A stretch of DNA of 64,000 nucleotides, from positions 25,318 through 89,317 of the forward strand of contig WJMF01000069.1 in the NCBI GenBank assembly GCA_014728085.1. The letters are read 5' to 3'. The position numbers and the translations under genes are program-made. This document shows positions 49,380 to 59,650 of the stretch, piece by piece (the stretch's first letter is position 1; each line of letters starts with the position of its first letter). The notes beneath the pieces are model-generated. The model was not told where the DNA came from and made no database searches. It saw nothing but the letters and a program-made list of their open reading frames with translations. This stretch comes from Candidatus Zhuqueibacterota bacterium. Its GTDB lineage: Bacteria > Zhuqueibacterota > Zhuqueibacteria > Residuimicrobiales > Oceaniaggregativiventaceae.

Positions 49380-52300
49380 ATGGACTTGTTTAAAGGGTTT
49401 CTTTTTCCGGCTATATCCTTTTTTCTTTTGTTGCCCTTTCATGTCATGCCGGCCCAATATACCAATTTAAGCTTTGAGGAAATTTCCATAGAAGATGGCC
49501 TGTCACAGAGCATCGTAAATTGCATTATTCAGGATAATGTCGGATACTTGTGGTTTGCAACAGAAGATGGCCTCAATAAATATGATGGATATCATTTCAC
49601 CATATTCCGCTATGATCCGGGTGATGACAATAGTCTTAGCTATAATGAGATTCGCTCTATCTATCAGGACACCTCCGGTAATTTTTGGATCGGCTGCTTT
49701 TATGGCGGGCTGAATAAATATGATCCCAAAGAAAAAAAATTCACACATTATCTGCATAGTGAAGACAATCCGTCTAGTCTGAGTCATAATAATGTCGAAG
49801 CAATCACTGAGGACGAAGAGGGGAATCTCTGGTTCGGCACCGATTTTGGATTAAACAGATATGACAGAAAAACAGATAATTTTTATGTCTATCTAAATGA
49901 TCCCGAAAACCCCAATAGTTTGAGTCACAATACCGTTAACGATCTATTCATTGATCTGGACGGTAGTCTCTGGGTTGCGACAGACAAAGGGTTAAACCAA
50001 TATAATGCAATCCATGACCAGTTTACGATTTACCAACACGATTCATTTTCCCATATCGGTCTGAGCAACAATGTCATCACATCCATCTGTCAGGACAACA
50101 ACGGTATTTACTGGATTGGAACAGAAAACGGCTTGAACCGCTTTAATCGCGACAAAAACGAATTCATAGCGTATTATCACCAATCGACCGACCCCCACAG
50201 CCTCAGCCATAACATGATCAATACAATTTATCGGGATTCCAAAGGCTATATCTGGGTCGGCACCGAAGGCGGTGGAATCAATATCTTTGATCCCCCAAAA
50301 AATCACAGCCGTAAAATCAACTTTATAAATTATCAAAATGATCCTCTTGATGCCACCAGCCTGAGTAAAAATGAAGTTCGTTGTATTTACGAAGACCGGT
50401 CGGGTATCATTTGGCTTGGCACTTATGGCGGAGGAAGCAATAAAGTACAAAAACGAACAAAACAATTCAGCATTTACAGGGCTGTCCCGAATAATCCCAA
50501 TAGCTTACCCAGTGAAATTGTCTGGTCTTTCTATGAAGACCCTTCCGGTATTCTATGGATAGGGACGCACGGTGGAGGCCTGACCCGGTTGGACAGAAAA
50601 AATAATCAGTACACACATTTACAACATAACCCCAACGACCCAAATAGCCTCAGCAACAATATCGTAAGAATTATTTACCCAGATCCTTCTGACCCGAATT
50701 GCCTCTGGATTGGAACCCACGGAGGCGGTCTCTGTAAATTTGATATCCCTACAAAAACATTTATCTGCTTTTTGCACGATCCCAATGATCCTGCGAGTAT
50801 CAGCCATAATGAGCTGCGCTCCATTTATAAGGATCGATCCGGAACGCTCTGGATCGGCACCAATGGAGGCGGTCTCAACCAAATGATATCTCAGGACAAC
50901 CTAACTCTTTTTAAACATTATCGCCACGACCCTAACAACAACCACAGCCTGAGCAATGATTATGTAAGAGTAGTATATGAAGCGCCTGAAGAAGCGGGTA
51001 AAACTCTATGGATCGGCACCCAGGGGGGAGGCCTTGAAAAATTTGACAGAACAACCGGGAAATTTTTACATTATCAACATGATCCGGACAATATCAATAG
51101 CCTGAGTAACAATTATGTTCTCTCCATGTACGCCGATTCGTGCGGAATGTTTTGGATTGGCACATGGGGAGGAGGAATATGCAAGTTCGACCGTAAAACG
51201 GAATCCTTTAAAAACTACACGATGCGGGACGGCTTGCCCCAAAACGAAATATATGGATTCCTGCAAGCTGAAGACGGCGACCTCTGGATCAGTACGAATA
51301 ATGGTCTTTCAAAATTCAATCCAAGAACAGAACATTTTAAAAATTATAATATTCAAGACGGTTTGCAAAGCAACGAATTTAACGGCGGTGCTTTTTACAA
51401 AAGCGACGACAATGAGATGTTCTTCGGCGGTATTCACGGATTTAATGCCTTCTTCCCGGAAAATATCAAAGACAACATCCACGTTCCACCAATTGTCCTT
51501 ACCTCGATGCTAAAATTTAACCGGGAATTTCCATTGTCTAAACCTTTAACCGACTTGAAAGAAATTACATTATCCTATAAAGATTACATATTTTCATTCG
51601 AATTTGCCGCTCTTGATTTTACTTCGCCAATGAAAAATAAATATGCCTATAAAATGGCAGGACTGGATGAGGTTTGGGTTCAGACCGATGCCTCGAAAAG
51701 ATTTGCAACCTATACAACGCTTGCACCAGGAAAGTATATCTTCAAGGTGAAGGGGTCGAATAATGACGGCGTCTGGAATGAAAAAGGAACCTCCATAAAT
51801 ATCGTCATTACGCCTCCATTTTGGAAAACGTGGTGGTTTATACTGATTATTGCTTGTGCACTTGCAATGATGATCCTTTTACTCTACAAAAGAAGATTGC
51901 ATAACATTAAAATGAAAATTGAATTGCAAGCCGCACATGATGCCCAAATGTCAATTATGCCGCAATCTGATCCAAAACTTGAAGGCTTTGACATTGCCAG
52001 CACCTGCCTTCCGGCAAACGAAGTGGGAGGAGACTTTTTTGATTACCTTTGGCGGGATGAAAAGCACACTGAACTGGTTATTGCTATCGGTGATGTTTCG
52101 GGTAAAGCCATGACTGCAGCAATGACCGCTGTTATGGCCAGTGGCATAGTCAACGCCAAGGTATACAAAAACAGATCTATGCAAGAAATAATGACAAAAA
52201 CAAATGTTCCGGTATATCATAAAACCGAAAAAAAAGTCTTCATTACCCTGTGTCTGGCCTTGTTAAACAGCACAAAAAAAGAGCTCTGTTTTTCGAACGC

Positions 52301-52649
52301 CGGTTTAATGGAACCGTTGTTGATCTCCAATGGTTCTATCAACTATTTGAAATCACTAGGGCCGAGATACCCTTTGGGTGTAGCCCAAGATACTGTTTAT
52401 AAAGAGAAAAAGGTCGCCTTGAAAAGCGGAGATGTTTTGATTCTACTGACTGACGGTATTTTAGAGGCGCAAAATCGCAGCAAAAAAATTTATGGTGAGA
52501 AGAATTTGTTGCAGTTGTTAAACAGAATCGACACAACTGAACACTCTGCCAGAATTATTGCAGAACAAATTATCAAAGACGTGGAAAAATTTACAGGAAA
52601 GGCCGCACAGCACGATGATATCACCATGGTGGTTGTAAAGATCAAATAG
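49380..52649 (+). CDS. Membrane sensor: periplasmic beta-propeller repeats + Y_Y_Y + TM + SpoIIE/PP2C phosphatase
   Basis: Repeats D..G.LWIGT.GGL and HDP.DP.SLS.N, Y..L.PG.Y.F.V, PPFWKTWWF, VGGDFFD, GDVSGK, TDGI.EA, HDDIT; start 49380 or 49365. Confidence 0.9.
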   Translation: MDLFKGFLFPAISFFLLLPFHVMPAQYTNLSFEEISIEDGLSQSIVNCIIQDNVGYLWFATEDGLNKYDGYHFTIFRYDPGDDNSLSYNEIRSIYQDTSGNFWIGCFYGGLNKYDPKEKKFTHYLHSEDNPSSLSHNNVEAITEDEEGNLWFGTDFGLNRYDRKTDNFYVYLNDPENPNSLSHNTVNDLFIDLDGSLWVATDKGLNQYNAIHDQFTIYQHDSFSHIGLSNNVITSICQDNNGIYWIGTENGLNRFNRDKNEFIAYYHQSTDPHSLSHNMINTIYRDSKGYIWVGTEGGGINIFDPPKNHSRKINFINYQNDPLDATSLSKNEVRCIYEDRSGIIWLGTYGGGSNKVQKRTKQFSIYRAVPNNPNSLPSEIVWSFYEDPSGILWIGTHGGGLTRLDRKNNQYTHLQHNPNDPNSLSNNIVRIIYPDPSDPNCLWIGTHGGGLCKFDIPTKTFICFLHDPNDPASISHNELRSIYKDRSGTLWIGTNGGGLNQMISQDNLTLFKHYRHDPNNNHSLSNDYVRVVYEAPEEAGKTLWIGTQGGGLEKFDRTTGKFLHYQHDPDNINSLSNNYVLSMYADSCGMFWIGTWGGGICKFDRKTESFKNYTMRDGLPQNEIYGFLQAEDGDLWISTNNGLSKFNPRTEHFKNYNIQDGLQSNEFNGGAFYKSDDNEMFFGGIHGFNAFFPENIKDNIHVPPIVLTSMLKFNREFPLSKPLTDLKEITLSYKDYIFSFEFAALDFTSPMKNKYAYKMAGLDEVWVQTDASKRFATYTTLAPGKYIFKVKGSNNDGVWNEKGTSINIVITPPFWKTWWFILIIACALAMMILLLYKRRLHNIKMKIELQAAHDAQMSIMPQSDPKLEGFDIASTCLPANEVGGDFFDYLWRDEKHTELVIAIGDVSGKAMTAAMTAVMASGIVNAKVYKNRSMQEIMTKTNVPVYHKTEKKVFITLCLALLNSTKKELCFSNAGLMEPLLISNGSINYLKSLGPRYPLGVAQDTVYKEKKVALKSGDVLILLTDGILEAQNRSKKIYGEKNLLQLLNRIDTTEHSARIIAEQIIKDVEKFTGKAAQHDDITMVVVKIK

Positions 52650-52767
52650 AACCAGATATAGTGTTCACCAGAGGGTACACCGAATCCGGCATACCCCCTC
52701 TTTCTCCTCAAAAACCGCAGCGTCTTAATGTCTCTAAAAAATTAAATTTATAAATAAAAATCCATAG

Positions 52768-53340
52768 CTATCTTCGTTTCTGAAACAAAAGGACGATCTG
52801 GCTAGAGGATTTTTCCGATGCGATACAAGCCATCTCCGCTTTCTCAATAATTGCGTCGGTTGAGTGATAATAGAGCGGAATTCCTCCCGCTTTCCTCAAG
52901 CAGGTGAACCAGGTCGAAGGAGATATGGTGAAAAGAAAGTACCCCCCCGGTCTAATGACATCATGAACTGCACTCAGCAGAAAATCAGGATTGCGGAAAT
53001 ATTCCAGCAGCCCAACGGCAACGACCAAATTATAACAATTTTTACGAAGAGGCAAACATTGAGCATTTGCCTGGACAAGATAATGGTAGGATTTTTTGCG
53101 ACAACGATTCAGCATCTGCCTGGATTTATCAATGCCGGTGATATCCAATCGGGATGACAATATCCGGCTTAAAGTGCCGGTCCCACATCCTAAATCCAAA
53201 ACCGGTCCCTCTATCGAGACGGCCTGCCCCAGAACTTTTTGGATGTTTGCCAGTTCGAGTTTGAGGATCCGGTTTAGCGGCCAATATTCTCTTATTTGGT
53301 CGTAAAAACACGCTTTTAGACCCCAAATATCAATCATCAT
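52768..53340 (-). CDS. Class I SAM-dependent methyltransferase
   Basis: VLDLGCGTG, GIDKS..ML, LP, RPGG; real start ATG 53340/53337 rather than 53577. Confidence 0.8.
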   Translation of the reverse strand: MMIDIWGLKACFYDQIREYWPLNRILKLELANIQKVLGQAVSIEGPVLDLGCGTGTLSRILSSRLDITGIDKSRQMLNRCRKKSYHYLVQANAQCLPLRKNCYNLVVAVGLLEYFRNPDFLLSAVHDVIRPGGYFLFTISPSTWFTCLRKAGGIPLYYHSTDAIIEKAEMACIASEKSSSQIVLLFQKRR

Positions 53341-54049
53341 TGTCGACATCAGCTGCAGTACTTCCCAGCTGCCCGAAAAAATTCGAATTTTCAGCAGGGC
53401 CCTCACAACCTCTGATCCCCCGGTGAAAAAAACCAGACCCGTCATTAATATACATTTCATTGGCCTCCCCCCAGTTGGTCTGATAAAGATCCAAATCACC
53501 GTCTCCTTCAATATCGAGGACAACAGCGCTTTGGGTATTTGTTGAATGCATTTCCAAACCGAGAGAATCAGCCGCAATGCGGTAAGCTCCTGATGTCTGT
53601 TTCACAAACAATCTATTCTTTGCTTTGTAATTTAGATTGTCAACGCTGAATTGGGCAGTGCAAAGATCCAGATTTCCATCATTGTCAACGTCTGCATTGA
53701 TTATGCTGGATGTGACTCCCTGGTTATCAACTCCATAGGTGGCACCTTTTTCGATGAATATATAGCGGAAAGGTTCGATTTGACCTTCAAAATGAAAACT
53801 GGCCTGCAGAACATTGTCAAGATAAAGATGAATGCGTGACCTTGTCCAAACGACTTTGAACCGACAGGTGTGGTTTTTATTCCAATATTGTATTTTTTTA
53901 ATACGAGTTTCCTCTCTCGACCAACGGCCATGGGGATGGGCGAGAAATTTATAATGCGTCGCCCCCTCAGCCGGTCCCGTATATCCCTTTCCGGTTCGAA
54001 TGCTTAAAACTGCGGGCAGGGCAAACTGACCTTTTGATAAACAATACCC
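53330..54049 (-). pseudogene. Start-less remnant: paralog of the upstream beta-domain fused to FG-GAP/VCBS repeats
   Basis: Stop-free frame 54049-53330 with no ATG/GTG/TTG until 53611: SIRTGKGY...YKFLAHPHG...WNKNHTCRFKVVW...FEGQIEPFRYIF, then ADVDNDGNLDL, DIEGDGDLDLY, ADVDNDD*. Confidence 0.75.
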
Positions 54050-54082
54050 TCAAATGATCGGATATGCATAAGAAAATTGCAA

Positions 54083-55090
54083 TTAACGCAGCAGGGTTGC
54101 TTTAAATATGTCCTGAAAAGCCGGAGAGTCCAGTCGAACAAAGTAAACGCCGCTGGGCAATGGGTCGTTTCGATCACTTTTACCATCCCAGACAATCTGA
54201 TATCGCCCCATCTGTTTATGGCCGCTTTCAAGGGTCTTGACGATCTCGCCTCGAAGATTATAAATACATAGTGAGAATTGAGTTTCTTCAGCCAGTGTAT
54301 ACTCGATAATAGTGGAGGCATTAAACGGATTGGGATAGGCCGGTATAAGCCTTGAGGTATAAGGCGCTTCTTTATCATCAAGATTGGTCATTTTGCGGCC
54401 ATAGATTTCCAAGCCGGAATATACAGGACCTGGTTGAGCGCCATATCCCCATATGAGGTTGTCGGTTCCGAGGAAAATATATTTAAATGGTACTGTTTGA
54501 CCTTCGAATTTCAAATTTGCATATTCTACATCATCCATGTAGCATAAAATTCTCTGACGATTCCATGAAATTTTAAATTCATATTCATGATTGAGATCCC
54601 ATTTGTGAGCGGCATCGAAACAGCGAACCTCAAGACGCGTATCGAATCCACGCGGTGCTGCCAGAAATTTAAAATAAGCCAGACTGTCATTTTTTAGCCA
54701 CAGGTATTTGTTCCCCGTTCTAACATTGCACCAGGAACCATCCGTATAAAAGATAGACTTGTCACCGCATTTGCATGAGTACAGGTTTATGATTTGTTGT
54801 TTGCCTCGTTCATTTTGACTTTCGGGATCAAAATTCTTGGCGCGAACAATAAAAGTTCCCTCATAAGGTAAAGCCTTTTGTAATTCTATAAACAGCTGGC
54901 TTTCTACGCTTGTGGCTTGCCATCCCTCTCCCTTGATAAACGTTCCCCCTTTATTGATCATGGAGCAAAGTTCAGATTCAAGCAAATGGTCGAGGTTGGC
55001 ACTAAAAATAAGTTGCTCTCCATCTCTTTGTGCAAAAGCAATCGTTGAGAATAGTAAGCAAAACAAGATGATGCTTTTTCGTTGTCGCAA
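54083..55090 (-). CDS. Secreted protein, unknown beta-rich domain + T9SS/FlgD-Ig CTD
   Basis: Signal peptide; YPNPFN.ST.I.Y, IYNLRG..VKTL, WDGK, LPSGVYF. Confidence 0.82.
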   Translation of the reverse strand: MRQRKSIILFCLLFSTIAFAQRDGEQLIFSANLDHLLESELCSMINKGGTFIKGEGWQATSVESQLFIELQKALPYEGTFIVRAKNFDPESQNERGKQQIINLYSCKCGDKSIFYTDGSWCNVRTGNKYLWLKNDSLAYFKFLAAPRGFDTRLEVRCFDAAHKWDLNHEYEFKISWNRQRILCYMDDVEYANLKFEGQTVPFKYIFLGTDNLIWGYGAQPGPVYSGLEIYGRKMTNLDDKEAPYTSRLIPAYPNPFNASTIIEYTLAEETQFSLCIYNLRGEIVKTLESGHKQMGRYQIVWDGKSDRNDPLPSGVYFVRLDSPAFQDIFKATLLR

Positions 55091-55214
55091 GGTTGGTCCC
55101 TTTATAATAGTGAAACAGCTATTTGGAATACCGGGTGAGTATTAATCGAACGCCAGACACAACTCATAAATCAGGAGTTGTGGGTCGGCAGGCCGGAAAA
55201 AAAATCATAAAATG

Positions 55215-56924
55215 CTAATTGACAAATAAATCGACATGGGTAAAATTATCCACATCTACGAGTCCTTTATCGGTCAGCTTTAATTTTGGAATTACGGGCA
55301 ACGCCATAAAAGACAATGTCATTAGCGCATCGTCAAGTTTGATGCCCAAACGCCTGGCGGCTTGATCGAGTTCACTAACTTTTGTGCTGACAAATTCAAG
55401 CGGTTTATCCGAAAGCAGGCCGGCAATTGGCAGAGCAAGCGAATCCAGGATGCGATCCTGATCAACAACAACAATGCCTCCCCCCATTTTGTTGATCGTA
55501 ATAACCGCTCGCTGAATATCCTGATCATCAACACCCAACACGATAATATTATGACTGTCATGACCGATTGAGGTGGCAATTGCCCCGCGTTCTATACCAA
55601 ACCCTTTAACCAATCCTTTGCCGATATTACCGGTAGCGCGATGACGTTCCACGACAAACAGCTTGGCAATATCATTTTGAACGTCAGCACTGACATAACC
55701 ATTTTCGATTTTGCAGGGCAACTCAAGATAGTCAGTGGTGATTTGTTGCGGAACAATACTGATGACGCGACAGGTCTTGCCGCGTGCCTTGATCCTGAAT
55801 TCATCCCCCTCCAGCCATTTGATATTCACTGAACTGCGTAGAGGTGTTGGAGTCTTTTGGGGGACATCATAAACGGGAACGCCATCAACAGCAACCAGCC
55901 GTCCGCTTTTGTAGACGCGCTTGATAGTAAAAGACTCGAAAGAATCAAATACAACCAGATCTGCCATTTTCCCGGGTGCAATCGCACCCAACTTACGCAA
56001 ACCAAAATATTCAGCAATGTTGAGAGTTGCCAGGCGAATGGCAATAAACGGATCCAGATCATTTTGGATCGCTGTTTTGATTAAAAAATTTATATGTCCT
56101 TCGTGCAAAATATCATTGGGATGACGGTCATCGGTACAAAACATACAGCGGCGTTCATTCTCTGTCGTTACCAGTGGCAATAAATCAAGCAGATTCCGCG
56201 TTGCCGAGCCTTCGCGAATCATGATATACATACCGCGTTCCAGTTTTTCCTTCGCTTCCTTTGCGGTAACGCATTCATGGTCCGATTCAATTCCGGCTGA
56301 AATATATGCATTCAAATCTTTACCGTTAAGCCCGGGGGCATGACCATCAATTCGTTTGCCATGAACGATCTTGACTTTGTCAAGCATATCGGGATTCATA
56401 TCGAGAATACCGGGATAATTCATCACCTCTGCCAATCCCAAAACATGAGGTTCCCGCAGAAAGGGGAAAATATCAAATGCCCGTAATTCTGAACCAGCGG
56501 TCTCCAGGGGGCTTGAAGGGACACAGGAGGAAAGCATAAAGAATACATTCAAAGGATTATACTTGCTCGACTCCATCATATAACGAATACCTTCATAGCC
56601 CAGCACATTGGCGATTTCATGAGGATCGGTAATAACAGAAGTCGTGCCCAGGGGGACGACCGCACGGGCAAATTGCGGCACCTCAACCATAGAGCTCTCA
56701 ATGTGGACGTGAGCATCGAGAAAGCCAGGTGCCACATAGAGCCCCTTCAAGTCGATCTCTTTTCTGCTTTTATACCCTTTACCCAATGCCACAATAGTAT
56801 CTTTGTGAATCACAATATCAGTCTTCATTATAGAAGAATTGTACACATTGATCACCTGAGCATTGCGGAGAACAAAGTCAGCCTTTTCAATTCCACGTGC
56901 AATTTTTATATCAGTTTCAATCAT
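55215..56924 (-). CDS. ade: Adenine deaminase
   Basis: PGFLDAHVHIESSM, DPHEIANVLG, EVMN, DGHAP, DHE, IREGS, CTDD, HDSHNI; start ATG 56924. Confidence 0.95.
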   Translation of the reverse strand: MIETDIKIARGIEKADFVLRNAQVINVYNSSIMKTDIVIHKDTIVALGKGYKSRKEIDLKGLYVAPGFLDAHVHIESSMVEVPQFARAVVPLGTTSVITDPHEIANVLGYEGIRYMMESSKYNPLNVFFMLSSCVPSSPLETAGSELRAFDIFPFLREPHVLGLAEVMNYPGILDMNPDMLDKVKIVHGKRIDGHAPGLNGKDLNAYISAGIESDHECVTAKEAKEKLERGMYIMIREGSATRNLLDLLPLVTTENERRCMFCTDDRHPNDILHEGHINFLIKTAIQNDLDPFIAIRLATLNIAEYFGLRKLGAIAPGKMADLVVFDSFESFTIKRVYKSGRLVAVDGVPVYDVPQKTPTPLRSSVNIKWLEGDEFRIKARGKTCRVISIVPQQITTDYLELPCKIENGYVSADVQNDIAKLFVVERHRATGNIGKGLVKGFGIERGAIATSIGHDSHNIIVLGVDDQDIQRAVITINKMGGGIVVVDQDRILDSLALPIAGLLSDKPLEFVSTKVSELDQAARRLGIKLDDALMTLSFMALPVIPKLKLTDKGLVDVDNFTHVDLFVN

Positions 56925-57762
56925 GTGTTCCTGTCGATATATTATAAAGTTTAACAAATGTTTTCAAAAAGAGTTCCAGTTGCACAACGGCGAGATTTGC
57001 CCGTTCAGTAACTTCCCGATGGGTCAATATAGAATCCGTCAAGCCCGTGCTCAGATTTGTAATCAGGGAGATCCCAAGCACTCTTAAATGTCTCTGGGCC
57101 GCAATAATGACCTCAGGAACGGTTGACATTGAAACCGCATCCACCCCTAACATTTTCAACATTCTCACCTCCGAAGCGGTCTCATAATTCGGCCCGCTTA
57201 CCCAGCAAAAAATACCTTGCCTAAAATCGACGTTTGAACGTTTTCCGCTCTTTAATGCGAGGTTTATTAATTCCTGATCATACGGTTCACTCATATCGGG
57301 AAAGCGGGGACCGAGCTGGTTTTTACCATCACCGATAAGCGGATTGTTAAAGGCGAAATTTATATGATCCCGGATGATCATCAGATCTCCGGGTTTAAAC
57401 TCGGGATTAACACCACCGCTAGCCGTCGTTAATATCAGTGTTTTGATTCCCATGCTGGCTAAAAGATGGATGGGATAGGTAATGACCGACAAGGGATATC
57501 CTTCATAAAAATGTGTTCGTCCCTGAACAAACAAACAGAGCATCTCATCTATTCTGCTAAAAACCCATCTACCTTTATGACCCGGAACCGAAGATCGTGG
57601 ATAATGGGGAATTTCATCTGTCGGGATGACTTGCAGCGGCGGAAAGGCAGACACCACCCTGCCCAATCCTGAACCCAAAACAACAGCAATCCCGGGTGTT
57701 TCTGAATAAAATGGAGATAAAAACGCCAAGGAAGAAGATATTTTGCTTTTTAAATCGACCAT
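56917..57762 (-). CDS. punA: Purine-nucleoside phosphorylase (trimeric type)
   Basis: VLGSGLG, GH.G, GRTHFYEG, GPRFPDMS, GPNYET, MSTVPE, ITN (Asn typical of 6-oxopurine specificity). Confidence 0.9.
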   Translation of the reverse strand: MVDLKSKISSSLAFLSPFYSETPGIAVVLGSGLGRVVSAFPPLQVIPTDEIPHYPRSSVPGHKGRWVFSRIDEMLCLFVQGRTHFYEGYPLSVITYPIHLLASMGIKTLILTTASGGVNPEFKPGDLMIIRDHINFAFNNPLIGDGKNQLGPRFPDMSEPYDQELINLALKSGKRSNVDFRQGIFCWVSGPNYETASEVRMLKMLGVDAVSMSTVPEVIIAAQRHLRVLGISLITNLSTGLTDSILTHREVTERANLAVVQLELFLKTFVKLYNISTGTHD

Positions 57763-57866
57763 CCAGTCCTGTAAATACTGTTTTGATAAAATACTATAAA
57801 TAAAAAAAAGTTGCAAGACCGATTTGGAAGGAAAACAAAAAAATCAAAACGACTTTGAAAAATTCC

Positions 57867-59639
57867 TTAAAATTCATTCACCAGGCGGATATGCAATTTC
57901 CCGTTCATAATACCATCCCCTTCACCCAGGCCGTAATCAATACCCATAACCCCTAAACCGGTTTCAAGGCGAAATCCGATTCCATATCCGACTTTGAGGG
58001 TCGTTCCGATGTTCGAAATATCCCCGTTTCTGGAATAATAGCCTGAATCCAGAAACGCAAATACCCGGGACCTTCGGCCGAAAATATATCTATATTCCAG
58101 ATTCGTCCAGGCCACACTGCTGCCGAGAAACTGATCTTCCCGATATCCGCGCAGACTCTGCGCCCCGCCCAGGCGATATAGATCCGACAAGGGAACCAAG
58201 TCTTCATTGCTTTTCAGTTGGCGGCCGTGCAATGAAAATGAAATGACTTGTCTCGCAAATAAAGGTATAAACACCTCGAGATCGAGTAGATATTGCTTGT
58301 TATCAATCTTTCTTTTGAGTTTCATCTCCTCGACCAGTGTCTCTGGCCCAAGATTCTTTTTGCGGCCAAATTCAACACTTGTCCGGTAATAAATGCCTTG
58401 CTGCGGATTAATCAAATCATCTCTTGTATCATAAGAGAATCCAACGGTTCCCGATATTTGACGACTGGAAGGAATCCCGAGTATATAGCTGCCAACGGAA
58501 TCCGGCGTGACCTGCCTTCTGCTGATATTGGCCACAGCGGAGAGGTTATATGAAACGGGTAGCTCAAAATCCATTGCTATATTGCGTTCAATATAGGTTG
58601 TATCCTGTATCAATTGAGCAAAATGCACGCCGACATGAAAAGGTAACCTGGCAACCCAGGGTTCCCGGTAACGGAATTCCATCTCCTGGGTTTTCCGATC
58701 GCGTTTTTGCCAGTGAACGAACAAAGAACGCCCGGTACCGAGCAAATTTCCCAACGAGATTTCCAGCAAACCGGTAAAATATCCTTTTTCTTCATCTGTA
58801 CCCGGATTGTAACCAAGGACACCATCAAATCGGCTACTGGGGCCTTCCTCAATCTGAAGCAACAATCCTCCTTCATTGCCTTCAGACCAATAGAGTTTAG
58901 GCGGATAAACACGGATAAAATACCCCAAACGCATCAACCGCGATTGGATTCGATTTATTTTGTCTTGTCTGTACAGCTCTCCGTCTTTGATTCCTGTTTC
59001 GCGCCGGATCACATAATCCCTGGTGGTTTCGTTACCGGTAATTTGGATTTCCCGAAGATATAATTTCGGTCCTGTTCGTGCCCGAAATGCAAAATCAAAA
59101 CAAGATTCGTTTTCCTGAACCGAATCCAGTCGTATGGCTTTCAGATCAAAACGACCAAATGGATATCCCAGATTGGAAAGGCGGTTGAGTTCGTCATCCA
59201 GATTGCGTTCAAAATGGGTTGGAATAAAACAGGCACCGGAACGACTATTGATACGTTTTTTCATCTCATTGGCAAGCGAATCCTCTATGCCCCTAAATCT
59301 ATATTCACCCATTCGCACCTCCCTTCCCTCCTGAATGTAGAGGGCGAGTCTTGCTGTCGTACTGTCCGGGGCAATATAATATACCAGAGAATCGATACGG
59401 GTATAAGCCATACCATTCTCTTTATATCGCTGCAAGAGCTCTGTACTCTTTTTAACCAACTGATCGCTGTTAAAAACCTGACCTTCGTGCATGTCAAACC
59501 AGTCTTTGGCTCGGGATTCCGAAATCGACTCCAGACCATAAAAATCAATTCGGGATATGCGGATCTCGCCGGCGCCGATAAGAATGGTATGCCAAATCAG
59601 CAAAAGGAAAAGTCCTGTTTTCTCGATTCTAAAAAACAT
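57867..59639 (-). CDS. Omp85 family outer-membrane protein (BamA/TamA-like)
   Basis: POTRA repeats (GNETTRDYVIRRE), NLLGTGR, YDTRD..NP..G, GG..SLRGY, terminal F. Confidence 0.9.
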   Translation of the reverse strand: MFFRIEKTGLFLLLIWHTILIGAGEIRISRIDFYGLESISESRAKDWFDMHEGQVFNSDQLVKKSTELLQRYKENGMAYTRIDSLVYYIAPDSTTARLALYIQEGREVRMGEYRFRGIEDSLANEMKKRINSRSGACFIPTHFERNLDDELNRLSNLGYPFGRFDLKAIRLDSVQENESCFDFAFRARTGPKLYLREIQITGNETTRDYVIRRETGIKDGELYRQDKINRIQSRLMRLGYFIRVYPPKLYWSEGNEGGLLLQIEEGPSSRFDGVLGYNPGTDEEKGYFTGLLEISLGNLLGTGRSLFVHWQKRDRKTQEMEFRYREPWVARLPFHVGVHFAQLIQDTTYIERNIAMDFELPVSYNLSAVANISRRQVTPDSVGSYILGIPSSRQISGTVGFSYDTRDDLINPQQGIYYRTSVEFGRKKNLGPETLVEEMKLKRKIDNKQYLLDLEVFIPLFARQVISFSLHGRQLKSNEDLVPLSDLYRLGGAQSLRGYREDQFLGSSVAWTNLEYRYIFGRRSRVFAFLDSGYYSRNGDISNIGTTLKVGYGIGFRLETGLGVMGIDYGLGEGDGIMNGKLHIRLVNEF

Positions 59640-59650
59640 TTTTCAAACCT

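Noticed and set aside
49500-51400. Periodic DNA repeats that might be CRISPR or tandem repeats
   Set aside because: Degenerate codon-level repeats of propeller blades inside one ORF; no identical repeats with spacers.
53341-53577. N-terminal extension of the methyltransferase ORF, suggesting a fusion or frameshift
   Set aside because: It is an off-frame read of the FG-GAP remnant; the methyltransferase-like sequence begins at 53340.
53991-54003. GGTTCGAAT resembling a tRNA T-loop
   Set aside because: No cloverleaf or acceptor stem; it lies within the pseudogene coding frame on the other strand.
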